DNA of 64,000 bases, taken from Hyphomicrobium sp. Its GTDB lineage: Bacteria > Pseudomonadota > Alphaproteobacteria > Rhizobiales > Hyphomicrobiaceae. The DNA lies in contig JBJXHD010000006.1 in NCBI GenBank assembly GCA_046160845.1, forward strand, positions 15,174-79,173. Reading direction: 5' to 3'. The position numbers and the translations under genes were made by a program. The notes below the pieces were generated by a model. The model had not been told where the DNA came from, did no database searches, and was given only the letters and a program-made list of their open reading frames with translations. Below, in pieces: positions 60,558 through 64,000 of this stretch (positions are counted from its first letter, which is position 1; each line of letters opens with the position of its first letter).

Positions 60558-62267
60558 ATGACCGTTATCGGATGGATGCAGATTGCGCTCATACTTGGGG
60601 CGGTCGTCGCAGCGGCGTGGCCGCTGGGACTTTACATGGCACGCGTGTTTGCGGGGCAGAAGACCATTTTGTCGCCGGTTCTCGCGCCGGTGGAGCGCGC
60701 GCTTTACGCGGCGTCGGGCGTCCGGCCGGACAAGGAACAAACTTGGCTTCAGTATGTGCTGGCCATGCTGGCGTTCAACGGCGCCGGATTTCTGCTGCTC
60801 TACGCGATGATGCGGCTTCAAGGCTATCTGCCGCTTAATCCGCAGGGCTTTACCGGCGTTTCGCCCGACCTCGCCTTCAACACCGCCGTCAGCTTCGTCA
60901 CCAACACCAACTGGCAGTCGTACGGCGGCGAGACGACGATGAGCCATCTCGTACAAATGACGGGCCTGACCGTGCAGAACTTTGCGTCGGCCGCGACCGG
61001 CATCGCCCTCGCGCTCGCCGTAGCCCGCGCGTTCTCCCGCAGCCGCGCCGCGACGCTCGGCAACTTCTGGGTGGATATGACGCGCGCCACGCTCTACGTG
61101 CTGCTGCCGCTCTCGATCGTGCTTGCCATCGCATTCATCGCGACAGGCGTGCCGCAGACGCTCCAAGCCAGCGTCGACGCGACCACGCTCGAAGGCGCCA
61201 AGCAGACGATCGCCCTTGGACCTGTGGCCAGCCAGGAGGCGATCAAGCAGCTCGGCACCAATGGCGGCGGCTTCTTCAACGTCAACGCCGCGCACCCGTT
61301 TGAGAACCCGAACGCGTGGTCGAACATCCTGTCGATCTGGAGCATGCTGCTGATTTCGACGGCGCTGACCTTCACTTTCGGACGCATCGTCGGCGACGCG
61401 CGGCAGGGTTATGCGTTGCTGGCCGCGATGGCGGTCTTGCTGATCGCTGGCGTCGCTGTCGTATACGCCGCTGAAACGGCGGGTAATCCGCTGATGACAG
61501 GCGCCGGAGTCGATAGCGCGCTCGGCAATCTCGAAGGCAAGGATATCCGCTTTGGCCAGGCGCTGACTGCACTCTATGTCGTGGCGACCACAGGCCTCTC
61601 CTGCGGCGCCGTCAATGCCATGCACGATTCGTTGATGCCGCTCGGGGGCCTCGTGCCGCTGTTCATGATTCACCTCGGCGAGATTCTGCCGGGCGGCGTC
61701 GGCTCGGGGCTTTACGGCATGATCGTCATGGCCGTTCTAACGGTATTCGTCGCCGGTTTGATGGTCGGCCGCACACCCGAATATCTCGGCAAGAAAATCG
61801 AGGCGCGCGAAATGAAGCTCGCCATGCTGGCGCTGCTTATCCTGCCTTTGACGATCCTGGGCTTCTCGGCCGTGGCGGCGACGCTGCCCACGGCATTGGC
61901 CAGTCTGGCCAACGCCGGTCCGCACGGATTAAGCGAAATCCTGTACGCCTACACCTCGGCAGCCGGAAATAACGGCTCGGCATTTGCTGGACTGAACGCC
62001 AACACGCCTTGGTATAACACCACGCTCGGCATCGCGATGGTGCTCGGCCGCTTCGCCTACGTCGTGCCCGTGATGGCGATCGCCGGCGCGATTGCAGTCA
62101 AACAAAAGGCGGCAGCATCGGCCGGCACGTTCCCGACGCATGGACCGCTGTTCATCGGTCTGCTCATCGGCGTGATCTTGATCCTCGGCGGATTGCAATA
62201 CTTCCCCTCGCTGGCGCTCGGCCCCATCGTCGAGCACGTGCTGATGCACGCCGGCAAGACATTCTGA
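60558..62267 (+). CDS. kdpA: K+-transporting ATPase subunit A
   Basis: [55 protein letters not shown]. Confidence 0.97.
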   Translation: MTVIGWMQIALILGAVVAAAWPLGLYMARVFAGQKTILSPVLAPVERALYAASGVRPDKEQTWLQYVLAMLAFNGAGFLLLYAMMRLQGYLPLNPQGFTGVSPDLAFNTAVSFVTNTNWQSYGGETTMSHLVQMTGLTVQNFASAATGIALALAVARAFSRSRAATLGNFWVDMTRATLYVLLPLSIVLAIAFIATGVPQTLQASVDATTLEGAKQTIALGPVASQEAIKQLGTNGGGFFNVNAAHPFENPNAWSNILSIWSMLLISTALTFTFGRIVGDARQGYALLAAMAVLLIAGVAVVYAAETAGNPLMTGAGVDSALGNLEGKDIRFGQALTALYVVATTGLSCGAVNAMHDSLMPLGGLVPLFMIHLGEILPGGVGSGLYGMIVMAVLTVFVAGLMVGRTPEYLGKKIEAREMKLAMLALLILPLTILGFSAVAATLPTALASLANAGPHGLSEILYAYTSAAGNNGSAFAGLNANTPWYNTTLGIAMVLGRFAYVVPVMAIAGAIAVKQKAAASAGTFPTHGPLFIGLLIGVILILGGLQYFPSLALGPIVEHVLMHAGKTF

Positions 62268-62278
62268 GGAATATCGTC

Positions 62279-64000
62279 ATGACCAAAAAATCGGCGGCAG
62301 CGCTTCTCGACGGCGCCATTCTCAAGCAGGCGTCGTTCGACGCCGTCATCAAGCTCGCGCCACAGAAGCTCGTCCGCAATCCCGTGATGTTCGTCACCGG
62401 CGTCGTCGCAGCGCTTGTTACGGCGATATGCCTGCGTGACATCCTGATCGGCGGCGACGATCTGGCGTTCACGGCGCAGATCGCCGCCTGGCTCTGGTTC
62501 ACGGTGCTGTTCGCCAACTTCGCCGAGGCCGTCGCCGAGGGCCGCGGCAAGGCTCAGGCCGACGCCTTGCGCCGCACGCGCAGCGATACGATGGCCAAGG
62601 TCATGCTGCACGCCGATGACTCCAAGGATGATCCCTGGGAATCGAAGTCGGCGCTAGATCTCAAGGAAGGTGACGTCGTGCTCGTCGAGGCCGGCGACAC
62701 GATCCCCGCCGACGGCGAGATCGTCGAGGGCATCGCCTCGGTGAACGAATCCGCCATTACGGGCGAGTCGGCGCCGGTCATCCGCGAGTCGGGCGGCGAC
62801 CGCTCGGCCGTAACAGGCGGCACTGTCGTGCTGTCGGACTGGATCAAGGTCCGCGTGACTGCGGCGCCGGGATCGTCGTTCCTCGACCGCATGATCGCGC
62901 TTGTCGAAGGCGCGGAACGCCAGAAGACGCCCAACGAACTGGCGCTGTCGATTTTGCTCTCCGGCATGACCCTGATTTTCCTGATCGCGGTCGTGACGCT
63001 CTGGGGACTGGCGCGCTATTCAGAGACCACGCTGTCCATGACGGTGCTTGCAGCGTTGCTGGTTACGCTAATCCCGACGACGATCGGCGGCCTGCTCTCG
63101 GCCATCGGCATCGCCGGCATGGACCGGCTGATACGCTTCAATGTGGTCGCGACCTCCGGGCGCGCCGTCGAAGCCGCCGGTGACGTCGACACGCTGCTGC
63201 TCGACAAGACCGGAACGATCACCTACGGCAACCGGCTCGCGACGGCATTTATTCCTGCGCCCGGCTTGACCGATCGCGACGTCGCGGAAGCGGCGCTGAC
63301 CGCCTCGCTGTCGGACGGAACGCCCGAAGGCCGCTCGGTGGTCGCGCTCGCCAAAGGTCAGTATGGCCTCTCCGAGCCGGCGCTGACCAAGGACTCTTCG
63401 ACAATCATTCCGTTCTCGGCGCAGACGCGTCTATCCGGCGTGGACTTCGACGGTCGCCGCATTCGCAAGGGCGCCGTCGACGCCGTGATCGCCTTCGCCG
63501 GTCAGTCGCAGGAGACGATCCCTGCAGCTGTAAAAGAGGCGGTCCAATCCATCGCCAAGTCCGGCGGCACGCCTCTCGCCGTCGCGGAAGGTGGCAAGCT
63601 GCTCGGAGTCATCCACCTCAAGGACGTCGTGAAGCCCGACATCAAGGAGCGCTTCGCAGCGCTGAGATCCATGGGCATCAGAACCGTGATGGTCACGGGC
63701 GACAACGCCGTCACCGCCGCGGCCATCGCCTCGGAAGCGGGCGTCGACGATTTCATTTCGGAAGCGACGCCCGAGGACAAGCTCGCCTACATCAAGAGCG
63801 AGCAAGGCAAGGGCCGGCTCATCGCCATGTGCGGCGACGGAACCAACGACGCGCCGGCGCTGGCGCAGGCCGACGTGGGAGTCGCCATGCAAACCGGCAC
63901 GCAGGCGGCGCGCGAGGCCGGCAACATGGTCGACCTCGATAGCGACCCGACCAAGCTGATCGAGATCACCGAGATTGGCAAGCAGCTGCTGATGACGCGC
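62279..64000 (+). CDS. kdpB: K+-transporting ATPase subunit B (truncated by the window end)
   Basis: [48 protein letters not shown]; ATG at 62279, frame open to the end. Confidence 0.96.
   Translation, partial: MTKKSAAALLDGAILKQASFDAVIKLAPQKLVRNPVMFVTGVVAALVTAICLRDILIGGDDLAFTAQIAAWLWFTVLFANFAEAVAEGRGKAQADALRRTRSDTMAKVMLHADDSKDDPWESKSALDLKEGDVVLVEAGDTIPADGEIVEGIASVNESAITGESAPVIRESGGDRSAVTGGTVVLSDWIKVRVTAAPGSSFLDRMIALVEGAERQKTPNELALSILLSGMTLIFLIAVVTLWGLARYSETTLSMTVLAALLVTLIPTTIGGLLSAIGIAGMDRLIRFNVVATSGRAVEAAGDVDTLLLDKTGTITYGNRLATAFIPAPGLTDRDVAEAALTASLSDGTPEGRSVVALAKGQYGLSEPALTKDSSTIIPFSAQTRLSGVDFDGRRIRKGAVDAVIAFAGQSQETIPAAVKEAVQSIAKSGGTPLAVAEGGKLLGVIHLKDVVKPDIKERFAALRSMGIRTVMVTGDNAVTAAAIASEAGVDDFISEATPEDKLAYIKSEQGKGRLIAMCGDGTNDAPALAQADVGVAMQTGTQAAREAGNMVDLDSDPTKLIEITEIGKQLLMTR

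Overview
GC-rich alphaproteobacterial chromosome segment (Hyphomicrobiales/Rhizobiales-type gene set; family not determinable from sequence alone). The first ~48 kb is mostly core or adaptive genes: hemA, an exported truncated globin under an OhrR-like regulator, ldtR with an L,D-transpeptidase, hemB, a periplasmic catalase-related peroxidase, class II RNR nrdJ with tandem NrdR boxes and a long leader, a plcP-btaA-btaB phosphate-sparing lipid operon, groESL with CIRCE, H-NS, a MacAB-type ABC exporter, Fe/Mn SOD, two patatins, and the two methylmalonyl-CoA mutase subunits separated by small ORFs and a CHASE4 two-component pair. A family of (C/T)GTCATCC...GGATGAC(G/A) palindromic repeats is scattered through intergenic spaces, with the largest copy next to a stand-alone GIY-YIG nuclease. 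From ~48.3 to 60.2 kb lies an accessory, visibly less GC-rich region: decayed prophage structural genes (DUF2793 fibre-like gene, a truncated tail-type ORF, an HK97-gp10-like fragment) interleaved with an acyltransferase pseudogene, then a 9-gene minus-strand Wzm/Wzt glycan cluster (GT2-GT10 fusion, 2 GT2, pyruvyltransferase, acyltransferase, 2 FkbM methyltransferases). The window ends in kdpFAB (kdpB truncated). No rRNA, tRNA, CRISPR array, integrase or transposase was recognised. Family assignments come from motif recognition by eye, not database searches.
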